62,140 bases of DNA, filler included, from Choristocarpus tenellus KU-1152 (GCA_964200185.2; 14 parts of 14 records of this genome joined end to end with filler, not necessarily neighbours in it), one strand, 5' to 3'. Positions 41,305 through 53,100 are shown, counted from the first letter of the whole stretch. Notes: a model not told the origin generated them from the sequence alone. Numbers and translations: made by a program.

Positions 41305-41840
41305 GATTCAAAGTATCTTAGAGGTTAGGATCGAGTCTGAGTGAAAGTATCTTAGAGGGTACGCGTTTTGCCCTGTTTCTCCATTTGAGGCTTGGCTTCC
41401 CGTGGGGTTTTTTGTGACGCTTTCCTACTCCAAAATGTTTTGGAGTAGTAGGTAAAATGTAAATTTTATGAAAAGGTGTGTCCAGAACATGGGCATTGGT
41501 ACATCCTAACAAACAAGATGACCAAAATTATGTCTAAATCGCAATGTTGGATTTTGGCCCCCAAATGGACGCGACTCTACCCTCTAAGATACTTTGGCTC
41601 TCTGTTTGTTGTCTGTTCGGGGCAAAATCCAATGTTGCGATTTTGATTAAATTTTGGCTGTTGTGTATGTTAGGGAGTGTCAATATCCTTGTTCCATACA
41701 CACCTTTTCATAACATAAATATTTCACCTACTACTCTAAAATATTTCAGAGTAGGAAAAAGTCTTTTAAAAAAACGTGGGAAGCCAAGCCCCAAACGGAC
41801 TAACAGGGCAAAAATCATACCCTCTAAGATACTTTCACTC
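41305..41840. mobile_element. Nested MITE family A copies: outer reverse copy 41305-41840 with a forward copy inserted at 41339-41600
   Basis: The outer element is split just after its TIR at gtct and resumes at gtctgttcggggcaaaatcc. Both elements have complete TIRs. Confidence 0.88.
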
Positions 41841-42057
41841 ATATCCGATTCGATAAGATTTTGTACTTCAAATATGTAGAGGGTTGGGGTTATTTTTTTA
41901 CGTTTTGGTTACTGTAAATTGGAATCATACAAGATAAATTAAGTATGTGATTGGTATCTTGAAAAAAAAAATCACTACTGATATAATTATATTTTTTAAA
42001 AATAGAAATCACGGATATAATCTGATTTACAACTTCTGAAAAATGTAACGCACGGAT

Positions 42058-42103
42058 TTTCAGGATCGGTGGGATCGAAAGGGTGGTCCCACCGATCCTG
42101 AAA
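42058..42103. other. Perfect 17-bp-stem hairpin ~90 bp upstream of the transposase-like ATG
   Basis: TTTCAGGATCGGTGGGA + 12 nt + TCCCACCGATCCTGAAA. Confidence 0.8.
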
Positions 42104-42193
42104 CGGATCAAACAAAGTTCATACGCTCGTCTTCGAATCTAATCATTCCTACACCTTCTCACTGCCCAAGACCGCCTGTTGATCGAAAACGCT

Positions 42194-42669
42194 ATGCCAG
42201 TTGCTTCCACAGCAACGGGGTGGCTCGTGTCGCCTACGTCTCCCCCTGTGTTGCCCCCACACCAGCCCGCCAACAATGATGCGCTGGAGCTTCATGCCAA
42301 TTACGCTTTAGCGACCGGCGCCAAGCTTCGACTGGGGTGGGTTGAACCTATCCCAGTCAACGAACAGCATGGCTGCTGCACGGGCTTAGCCTGTGTGCAG
42401 AAGTTCGCGGCAGATGGCGAGTCCTTCCTTGCACACACCTTGGCCAAAGAGCAGGACATCATCCGAGCGTGTGACAACCGCCACGATCGCAAGGAGTTCG
42501 TTGGCGAGCGTGTACCTGTAATTAAGTTGGGACCTGGATGTGGATCTATGCTCGCGGCCGGCATTCCCGTTTGTACACAGTTTTTCAAGGCATCGTTCGG
42601 GATATCCAATCATGTTATCAACGCCTGCAAAGGTATACCTAACACAAGAGCATCCCCCAGCGTGGAGAG
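42194..42669 (+). CDS. Cys-rich putative transposase N-terminal exon (Sola1-like)
   Basis: Intact frame from ATG 42194 to an AG|GTGGGT donor. GCCTGLACVQKF...IPVCTQFFKASFGISNHVI resembles the CC..C..KF...VC..FF...GIS N-terminal region of Sola1-type transposases. The catalytic core is not in the contig. Confidence 0.55.
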
Positions 42670-45600
42670 GTGGGTTTGAAGTATGTACACAGTGTCACTT
42701 GTACCAAGGTCTTGTTTCCCCCTGCTTNNNNNNNNNNNNNNNNNNNNNNNNNNNNNNNNNNNNNNNNNNNNTTAATTAATTAANNNNNNNNNNNNNNNNN
42801 NNNNNNNNNNNNNNNNNNNNNNNNNNNGAAGAGGGCGCAGCCCGTGCTTTGAGTGGAAAAAAGGGGGGGGGGGAAAGGGGGAGGAAGAATGTACGGGGGT
42901 GGGGGGGGGGGGGGGGGGGGGGGGTGTTGGTCCTGGCACTCTTCAGGTAGAACCTGGCAAGGCTTGATCCCTCAAAGGGGGCAATGGGGGTATTGTACAT
43001 CCTGAGGGAGGCGTTGATCATAAAACAAGTGAAAGTATACATCACTTCTGAGGGTCGAAGGGGGTTATAGCGGGGAAGGGAGGCGTACAGTAGTAGAGAG
43101 TGCTGAGTGTACATGCAGTGCATCTTTTTTGAATGTGCCAATGGAGGACTGGCGGAGTCAGTTTTGACATTGGGATCCTATGAGATAAGAAGACCATTCA
43201 ATTCGACAGGAGGGAGGTGGATCCAGTGTTTCATATGTTGGACAAGACCTTGCTGGTTTTGCCTGGAGGGCCTGCCTGTGATAGTAGTAGAGATACACAC
43301 GGTTGTTCTAATACCATTATTCTCTGCACACATCTTGTCACCATGCAAGCCTTATTGTATCCAGCTCTGTTCTGGGGAAAATCTTGTTTTCTTGTATTTT
43401 GCAAGAGTGGTGCTGAGGTGGGTGTGGTTAACCGATCTGTATGATATACTATCGCGGCAAACCTTGCAGTGTGTTCCTCCTCCATCATGCTGCATGTGTT
43501 GCACCAATATCTGTATGCTGTAAATCCATGGTAGTGGTCAATGGAGAGACGCCATCTCACCGCTCACTGTACTACTTCCCACAAAATGTTCTGAAGTTTC
43601 TTTACACCTGGAATTGCTCTGGAGTACTTTACACTATCATCTTTACTATTTCGAAATAATACCGCAATGCTAGAGAATTGAGCACTACTACCAGGAAAAA
43701 AAGATGGTAGAAGTGGTATGTGTTACGTGATTTTGTACCACTGCAGTCCCTGTGATGGTATGAAAGACTCTTCATGTGTAACTGTTGTCCTCTTCACTAT
43801 CATTTGATGCTATTTATCTACTCCTTTGGCATCACTGTATCGTGTGAAGCGTAGGTGGGGAGCCACATTATTTTCAGCAGGGTCATGTTTTTCTGTGTAT
43901 CCTTACATCAATAATAGTAATGATGTTATCTCTTTTGTGCTTCAAACCATCGTACTGTCATGCACATACTGTACATGTACATATTATATTCACGGAGAGA
44001 TCATTAGTTCCTGAGTGCTGGATTTTCGACTCGACAATCCCCAGAGGCCCAGTGTACTCACAACAAGCCTTGGCGGAGCATAACCACCTCATTAATTGGA
44101 AAGGCAGTAGCCAAGCTATAACAATGGGGCATCAAGGTGAAAAGAGTATGAACTTGAAAAACTTGGCCAAAAGTGAAGAGGTAGAGACCCCGAATCAGTG
44201 GAAGAACAAAAATGCCGTCTTCCGTTATTGCACATACATACACATGTGACAAGTTGAATCTATGCATGCTAACTCGTGCATGCTGGATGTGTTCCCGGCT
44301 ATCCTGTGGGAAATATCAAGTTACCTTGTTCCTGCTAGTGCCATGAACAGTCTTCAGTCTTTCATTCGTAGGGTGGTTATGTTTTGAGTCAGGTAGACAT
44401 AATAGTAATAATGATAAAATAGAAAGTAGAACTCCAAGACGTGGGATATATGCGACTACTTTTCAATATTCATCCATAACACACAGCAAATTGGGACTTT
44501 TGGGTGAAATAGCAGTGAGGGTGAGGAGAGACCATGGCGAGAAGAAACATCGGGGAGAAAAAAGAAACTGGTTGCCACAAAAGATATTGGGTCAGCAAGT
44601 AAGGAGATAAAAGGCATCATTGCTTAAAATATGGAGGAACTCAAGAAGGATCCTAGTTTAGTAAGAGGGGATTGGGGAAAAGTCAGGGAGGGGTAGTCTT
44701 TCGTGAGTTGAATCCAGATAAAATCTAGTTAATGTGAAGTTTGATATCTATTCTGTAGTACATAGTTGTCTTCAAGAATATTTTACTTGTGTATTGTATA
44801 TTATTAGTATATAGTATAGTAATATATTTTCTATCACCTGCTCATTCAAATCCTCCGGAGGTGTAAGTTTACCTGTAAGTGTGAGAGTGGTTTTGATTTT
44901 GAGTTTCGAGTTTCGTTTCTATCTCTACCCTTGCTGTAGAGCACCCTAGTCGAGAGTGTTGACCGTGGCCCACATCTTCTAGCCTCATTGTTGTAACCAT
45001 TGGATTGCAGGCTGAACAACCTACCAGGGTAGTTGTATACAACCATCGCTTGCACCCATCATGTGAGTTGTTGCGAAAGGCTTGGAGGAATTCCCCAGCA
45101 TGATCGTAGATACCCACCATCCTTGTTCACCCTTTGCGTCCTATTTTCTCGAAAATTTCTTGAATCCACGGACGTTGATCGGTCACAACAGTAGATGCCC
45201 TGATAGTTTTTGTTCCGTTGTATCCTGTATGGAAACAATGGATGGGCTTGCAGCCTTTGCCATTTCCTAGTAACCCAGGCGCCAGTCGCTCAGTCATCCT
45301 TACCCTTGCTGTTATTTCCCCCAAAAGTGCATTGTTAGAGCTTAAATCGTTTGACCCATTTCAATTCCTCAGATATGCCTTGGTACCATAATTTGAACTG
45401 AAATCGCCAAGTGACAAGAAGAATGCAAGACAATCTCGCATTTCAGGTAAGCAATCCTCCAACTTTTGTTTACCCTACGAGGTGGCGAGGGGTGGGAGAC
45501 GAGGAGTCAACAAGGTGACCATTGATTTTTTCCGACGTAGTACTGATCCTAGAGAATATGAGATTAATCGCACGGCGTCGAGTATCTGGTGAGGCTGAAA

Positions 45601-45813
45601 CGAAGCTATCTGGTGGTGACACACCCTGGCCTGTTGAGGAGCGATCTTTGCTTCACATTTCTGTAATACATATACGGCATCTCCTCTCCCTTAATTCTGA
45701 GCAGTGTGCCACTAGGAGTCCCGCCCTCGTCCCAGCTCACCTTAGCCTATGTTTTTGGAGCAGCTTAAAAACCGGCCTTCAGTCAACCTGCACAAACTCA
45801 AATACTATCTGAA

Positions 45814-46982
45814 ATGTCTGTGTTGGTACGATTGCAGAGATTGGGAAGTCAGCCACGCCGACTACAAGAGCTCGATTGTCTAGTAATCACCACTTTACGT
45901 ACAAAAGGGAAGGCTCGAAGGTACCCTCGCCGCCACCCATGGCTCCTCGTCCGCCTAGGCCTCGCTGTAATATATTTCCTCCACCTGACCCGACCCAGTA
46001 CTGGGAAGGTGACACCAAACAATGGCAAGGTGTGGGATGGGAACGGGTGGATAGCTCTTGTTGATGTTGACTCAGCACCCCAGCCACCATCCCCGAAGAG
46101 TGACTCCTGGCGACGTAAAGACACCACCATCTTCATTGGAGTTTCATCATTCCGTGACAAGCGCTGCCCAGCCACCCTGTACAACTTCTATACCAAGGCC
46201 AAATACCCAGAACGTATTGTGGTAGGGGTAGTGCAGCAGAATGCCTTTGATGATGTGGACTGTGTAACTGAATACTGCAATCTGAGGGGGCACAAGGAGG
46301 GTCCTAGCTGCCCTCACTGGGAAAACATTCGTACCATAAGAGTGGAGGATAGACTCGCCACCGGACCATGCTTTGGCCGCCACCTTCAGGCAAGTGTTGC
46401 TCGAGAGTATTTTTCAAGGGTGTAGTAGGGTAGAAGGGTGTGCAGATGTGTGATGGAAACTTTTTTCAATAGAGCATTGTATGCGATACACTGGACATTT
46501 GGTTTAGGAACCATAATGTGGCATCAGGGCAGTTTTGTTGGCACCAGAAAAGGATGTCTATCGGTGTTGTTATTTCTTGTATATTCTGGGCTCTGATCTG
46601 CTTCCATGGTCAATTTCTTCGGTACGCAGTTGATGGCTGATGATACTTCCATGCTCGGTTGGTACTGTGGTGGTGTCTAGAGTGCGTTGTCAACCTCAAC
46701 CCCTCGGTTGTTTTTTTTCCCCTTCATTGTGTTTTTTTTTTTTGCTTTGCCCACCCCCGCGCACTTGCCCCCAACTAAGAGCAGTCGTACATGTTGCGAG
46801 ATGAAGAGTTCTGCATGCAGACGGACAGTCACATGGATGTGGTACAGGACTGGGATACGAAGCTCATGAACATGTGGGGGCGAACGAACAATGAATATGG
46901 TATTCTCACAACTTACGTTCACAGGAAGGAGCAGCTTGGCCCTACCCTTGAAAAGAGAAAAGAAGTGCCGCATCTATGCCAG
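45814..46982 (+). CDS. GT60/Gnt1-like polypeptide alpha-GlcNAc transferase (type II membrane protein), first two exons
   Basis: Exon 45814-46389 has a TM segment (WLLVRLGLAVIYFL), then IFIGVSSFRDKRC, YPERIVVGVVQQN and GPCFGRH. A GC-AG intron leads to exon 46785-46982 (EEFCMQTDSHM, NEYGILTTY, VPHLC) with the family DSH motif. Confidence 0.9.
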
Positions 46983-47559
46983 GTCAGTCTTCTTGCCTCT
47001 GTGGTGCAGTTAACCCAATGCAATGGGGGTGTAAGGAAGCTTAGGGTAATGGTCTTGGGAGTTAAGAGCCCGAGAGAGCTCACCTACATGTTTTGCATGA
47101 GTTTTTTTTTTTTATGAGAAGTTTATCCAGTTACCTATTGTTGCAGTTTGTGACTGACACCTTGCAGGCTTCTGCCTGTCTCTGTTCTACACGGCGTTTG
47201 CACTTCGCACCTCCCCCGCCCAATCCTTGCTTTTTGCTCTTAAGTTTGTTTTTCACTCCCTTCAGAACCCTGACTTGAGAATACATATGTGGTACAAAAT
47301 TGTTAACATATCACCCCTGTAACACCAAAATCACGAGTGAGTGTTCATCACTCTGAGTTAGTACTACGTACGATACGTTCATCCTGCAACAATATGTAGC
47401 CCCTTAGTGTTGACATTATACCACACAACGTCGTCTCTCAGTTCGGGATCCTAACACCATTCCTGATATACCAGTGGTGTGGTCCACGGCGGGGAGATCA
47501 GTTCGAGCAGCCTTGCAGAAAGCACCAATCGCAGTTGTTTATGTGATGCTGTACTAACT

Positions 47560-47605
<46 letters not shown>

Positions 47606-47778
47606 ACACAAACGCAAACAAACACCCACACACACCACACACCCCCCACTCACACACCCACCCCCCCCCACCCCCCCCNNNNNNNNNNNNNNNNNNNNNN
47701 NNNNNNNNNNNNNNNNNNNNNNTTAATTAATTAANNNNNNNNNNNNNNNNNNNNNNNNNNNNNNNNNNNNNNNNNNNN

Positions 47779-47850
47779 AAAAAAACATGGGGAGCCAAGC
47801 CCCAAATGGACAAACAGGGCAAAACTCGTACCCTCTAAGGTACTTTAAAT
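47779..47850 (-). mobile_element. MITE family A partial copy at contig start
   Basis: gccaagccccaaatggacaaacagggcaaaactcgtaccctctaaggtacttt. Confidence 0.85.
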
Positions 47851-48895
47851 CTGTCCCAAATTGTGCCTCAAGTGTTGAAAGCAGAATACCATATTAAAAT
47901 CTACTACTAGTGTTGTATGTATTAATTATGACATCAAACAGAACAAAAAATACATTTTAGATTAATGATGGAAGTGGATGCAGCTGCTCTCATTATTTGT
48001 TTTGCAACTAATCCCGATAGCTATATGCAACTATGGACCACTTGACTCCAGTCAATAATGACCTTGTAACCTTGTCTGCCAGCAGCATCTTCGAGCTTCA
48101 CCAACTAACAAATAAATATTATTTGGTTTCCACACATTAAAAGTACTTCAGGACCAGAAGAGCATAGTTCTATAGTTTTATTTGACCTCAGTATTGCTCC
48201 TGCCTCATTCCACTAAAATCAATGGAAAGCAGAGAATCCACAACAGGTTGGTCGATGCTGCTCTAGCTGTAGATTCAGTGCATTTACTTCAGGCATTTGC
48301 GTACTGTAATAACAGGGAAAATCTTGATATTTGTGTAGAGTTATATCCCCTGGCCCTTAGAATAGACGTCAAGAGGCCTAGCAAAACTGCAACAACTAGT
48401 TGACATATACCCTGGGGTATTTATATCACTAGCCTGGAAGTATCCCTTGACAAGCATGAAGTCCGCCTTCAAAAATCATGAACATGTCTTCAAGAACAGA
48501 ATTTTCAGGACAACAACAATAGATTACTTCGTAAAGCACAAAAGTCAGAAGTCACACTGTTCACCTTCAGCTATCACATATTGTGAGTAGATTAGCAACA
48601 TGCAATAATGGTGCTCACTTTAACCCACATCAGATATGAAACCACAAACTATCACAACACCAGCCATAGACCACAAACAACAATGTTTCGACTAGTTTGA
48701 GAACAAAAACAGTGGAGAAGGTAGTCCAGAAAGAACTCTCACTACAACAAAAAAGACACCACACAGTAGCACACTTTGAACCTGTAGAAATGTGGGGAGG
48801 GATTCACCCCCAAAACCAGAACACATTCCATTTTAAAGCAAACTGGTCCCTCCCTGCCAACAAACGCACTAGAAACACTTGCGACATTATGCACA

Positions 48896-48928
<33 letters not shown>

Positions 48929-49518
48929 CAAACCACCTGTGATGGCACAAAATACACACTTGGGTAGCTACAAGAGCCCACGGGCTGTTTAAAATCATGC
49001 CCAAATCAACATGCATCTCTTCACACTGTCACAGGAGTAGTTATGAAGATGGTACCCACATTATCTAGCTGTTGAGGTTGACCACACACTGGTCTCCAAC
49101 TTTCTCTCAATTTCATACACGGGTCTAGGATCCCTAGACATTCGGAGAAAGACTCAACATACAGCACATAAGCATCGTTTGGTGGTGCCAAATCCTAACA
49201 GTGGTCACCTTTAATCCACGACCAGTCTCCTTTCAAAACAAGAAACGGAACGCAGAGCAGACAGTTGAGGGGGTAATGCATGATGCCCAAACCTAGTGGT
49301 GATGACCAAGCTCTTGCACCTCACTCGATGAGAATGATCCGTCTCACTACCAAAGGAACGGTCACACCCCTCTCTCCGACAACACTATGAAATACTGTTA
49401 TCATCATTCTTCGAGCTTTCCTGGTCCACTATTCGTGACCGTTACCTGGAAAAAATATACGGCCCAGTATCTAGCCCCATAATCGCAGTAGAATGCGCAA
49501 CTTAGTTGCACTTCCTGC

Positions 49519-50916
49519 TCAAGCCTCTACTGTAGGCGATAGTGCCGCCCGGTGTTCATCAAGTAGAGAGGTGAGGGTGTCGTATTTCAAAGGAGCAATG
49601 CTGAAATCCGCAATCTTTCCCGCGTCGGCTGCAAACACCTGGAGACCAGGATGGGTAAAAACGGGGAATAGTTGGGGAAAAGGGGACAATCAAACGATAA
49701 GAATAACCTGTCCGAGTGAAAGTATCTCAGAGGGTACTAAGTTTGCCCTGTTTGTCCATTTGGGGCTTGGCTTCACATGGGCTCTTTCATGACATTTTCC
49801 TACTCCAAAATATTTAGGAGTAGGTAAAGTGTGCATCTTATGAAAAGGTGTGTCCGGAACATGGATATTGATTGACACTTCCTAACAAACACAATAGCCA
49901 AAATTGCGTCAAGATCGCAACATTGGATTTTGACCCCCAAATGGACACGGCTCTACCCTCTAAGATACTTTGGCTCGTCCCTTCATAGTTGTAAAGTATA
50001 GAGCAGGGATAGACCACTCGAAAAACACATACTAACAAGAAACGAACAGGATGGGTTGGGAAACTGACCAGTTTTGGAAATGCGCGAGAAAGAATATAGG
50101 CAAGTGCAGCAAAGCAGGTAAAAGTGTGAGAAGGAAAGCACACACGAGGCCTTTAGTGAGGCCCTGTGGGTTCAGGTTCGACTCTATTTCACTCAAATTT
50201 GTAGTGAAGAGTGGTCATTGTGGTCAGGGAGCATAGTGTCTTATTGTTTTGTGGGTTGACGCTGAGCAGACACTGTGCATTTCTATATCAAAGCACCTGG
50301 ACATGAGGAAGGGATCGGATGCCCAGCTTCTGGCACAAGGATTTATTGCTGTCAAACTCAACCTCGGCGAACTTGACGCGGTCACTGTACTTGGTGGCAG
50401 TCTGCTGGTATTTCCGCTCGATGGCCTTGCAGGCTCTGCAAAACAACGCGTGAAACTTGACCACCAAGACTCCTTCAAGCGGAGTATCGCCCAGCATTCT
50501 CATTAAATGCTCTTCTCCCTTTATTGCCTAGCATAGGAGAGAAACTATTGGGGTTAGAGAAGCATTTGCAATAAGCGGGAGAGGTAGCTCGTAGTGAGAA
50601 ATCAAAAGGTTCTTTATTGCCACAAGAACTTAGCTAGATGGTAGGAGCACACCAGAATGCGGGACACCCAATTAAAGACTAGAAATAACGTACACCCACC
50701 TCGACACTCTGGTAGGGTGCAGTATCACGAGACCACGGCAATTTTTCGGAGTTGTTAGATGAAGTATCTGGTGTTGGTGGCGATGGAGACGTTGGAATGG
50801 TCGTTGCAGGGCGTATAGCTATCACCCGATGACTGCGAACGACATGCACGCCAAGCTGACTGAGATTCGATGGCGCTCGAAGCATGAATGCACGTGATGT
50901 GGATATGATTGTGGAG
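49519..50916 (-). CDS. Plastid-targeted thioredoxin-like protein (FCRAC active site), 5'-partial
   Basis: All-phase-0 exons 50700->50916 (STIISTSRA-FMLRAP presequence), 50297-50527 (VVKFHALFCRACKAI...KFAEVEFD...LGIRSLPHVQ) and 49519-49638 (VFAADAGKIADFS...stop). Confidence 0.9.
49714..49976 (+). mobile_element. MITE family A full copy with GTCC target-site duplication, in a thioredoxin intron
   Basis: gtcc|GAGTGAAAGTATCTCAGAGGGTA…TACCCTCTAAGATACTTTGGCTC|gtcc; 263 bp. Confidence 0.93.
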
Positions 50917-51016
50917 NNNNNNNNNNNNNNNNNNNNNNNNNNNNNNNNNNNNNNNNNNNNTTAATTAATTAANNNNNNNNNNNNNNNNNNNNNNNNNNNN
51001 NNNNNNNNNNNNNNNN

Positions 51017-51057
51017 CCAAATGGACAGCCGCCACCCCCTCCCAGATACTTTGAGCC
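51017..51057 (-). mobile_element. MITE family B partial copy at contig start
   Basis: ccaaatggacagccgccaccccctcccagatactttgagcc. Confidence 0.8.
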
Positions 51058-51077
51058 ATTCACATCACATCATTCTT

Positions 51078-51760
51078 ACTGAGAGATTAATGACCTCAGT
51101 TACAACAGAATAAATACATCGGCGCTTTGCAGCACAATCACACCTATCCATAAAACATAGACTACGCATATCACTCATCGGTGCTTTGCAACCCCATGAT
51201 TCCTCATCGCTCGTGATCTACTCATTTTGCTTACATGTACGATGCATTCGATTCAGGTTTGAACAGGTTATGAGCCTCAACACTTGATCAATATATACAA
51301 CAACACATTTGCCTGACCTTGTCTTGTACTTCCACCAACTACAAACTCGACAAACCCACTGTACCGCCATGGAATGCAAGCTAACATCACCTATTTCCCC
51401 TGGCGATGACCCCCCTGAACTGCGTTTGAACTCTGCTTTGTGAGCATCTGGAGCTGTGTGGACCCTTCGGGTCTAGCGAGTTTTGATCCAGCGCGCTTCT
51501 CGTCTTTTCACCACTGCTACTCCACCTGCCATCCCATACGAAGAAGTTGACGACGAGCTGTTACGCAGTCTTGTTGATTCCTGCCACAGACCTGCTCAAG
51601 ACTTTCAAGGAATTCAGCAGGGGGCAATAATCCCGACCAGTGTCTCCTGTGCCTCCGCAAGACTAAAAGCTGAGTCGGGGATCCCTCAGCCTTACTCCTA
51701 CTGATTGAGCTCTCCACTGCAGCTACTGTCACCAACCTGGACACCACCTGCGCCATTTTC
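51078..51760 (+). mobile_element. Copia-type LTR element 5' end with half-tRNA(iMet) PBS and decayed ORF
   Basis: …GAACA|GGTTATGAGCC at 51261-51276 is the Ty5/copia-type internal tRNA-iMet PBS directly after a CA end. A CCGCC-ATG at ~51369 opens a stop-interrupted frame. The LTR 5' boundary is uncertain. Confidence 0.55.
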
Positions 51761-52642
51761 CAAACTGTCTTCCTGCCCCTACCTCACCCCCACCCAATGC
51801 CCCCACCCCACCACCAATCACGACCAAGCACACACTTACAGTACAAGACACACCCTCAACCGACCTCACCACAATCATACTTCACCCTGACTACACAGCC
51901 CCTCCCCTGGCTAATCCCTCCTGTCAAACACACCACCCACCAGCTCTTGACACACACTTTTTACCCCTGCTCAACCCATCAGTGCCCCCGGCATGGCGAA
52001 CCTCCATCTCCCTACAAATTGGCAAGCCACCTTCACTGGATTGTTGCAGCAACTCTCATCATCACCTGTCTCATTATCCTCTATTGTCCTGCTGGTACCT
52101 GGTTCGAGCCGTCATTTGTGTACTCCACCTGTGCTATGGCGACTGCTGGCTGGACTGCAGTGACTACCCACACCCATATCTACTGAATTACAATGGCCAC
52201 ACACGGATTTCGGAGCTTGGACGCCTTGTACTCCTTGTACTTCTCCCTGTGCCCCTCCTCCCAACCCGCCACCTTCTCATCCACAACATTCCCACTCATC
52301 ACTGTCTTTACCTACGCACCCCACCGACCAACTGACACCCTAAGCCCGCCTGCCCTCCCGGTATCACCTACTCCCACCCCTACCCCACTCACCTCTCCCC
52401 ATTGACCCTACGCCCCCACCAATCACACCTCAGACCCCCACATCAGCAGCACTATCTATGAACACTCTCCCTTGCTGCGCAGGCACTATATACCCTTAGA
52501 ATCTACTTCTCTGAAAATTGAAGAAAGAAACAAACTTTTGCTAATTCTCTTTAAAACAACGCAATAAATATACCCTAACATCGATGTTGACGTTGGGTTC
52601 GTGAGGTACAATATAACCAGTCATCAATTCTAAATCTTTGTC

Positions 52643-53100
52643 CTACTGCAGTCTCATGTGGAAACATTATCGGGTACATTCTCCTGCAAGTCCTTAGCTA
52701 TGCCATGTTGCATCTCCCACAATCCATGAAATGGCAGGGTTCTTAGCAATGCATATAGCGTCTCCTACAATATACAAAACTCCCCTAGTACATCATCACA
52801 GCAGGTCACTGGAACACAGATCCCACCTCATATCTACCTTTCTATTGTAGTCTCTAATGGAAACATTATCGGAAACTTTTCCTGCAGGTCCATAGCAATC
52901 TCATGTTGCATCTCCTACAATCAACAAAATCTCCCATAGTACATCACCTCTACAAATCTCCGGATTAAAGTGATATGGTGGAAATGTTACTTCCTGCCTA
53001 TCCTCTCACAATCTCTACGAACACATCCTGGGATGTTTTCTACTGTGGATCCTTGGCCATACCAAAATGCGTCTCCCACGATCCACGAAGTATCCCTAGT
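52643..53100 (+). repeat. Degenerate ~200-bp tandem repeat
   Basis: ctactgcagtctcatgtggaaacattatcgg…catgttgcatctccc/tacaatc at 52643 and 52842, with a partial third unit. Confidence 0.7.

Noticed and set aside
41544-41879. ORFs recurring across the window (PSKILSL / GLGF motifs; also 49690, 53817, 60492)
   Set aside because: They are spurious frames through MITE family A, with stop positions that vary between copies.
44850-45330. Two minus-strand ORFs separated by a single TGA (possible selenocysteine or readthrough)
   Set aside because: There is no recognisable domain, redox motif or SECIS; chance or a decayed sequence is more likely.
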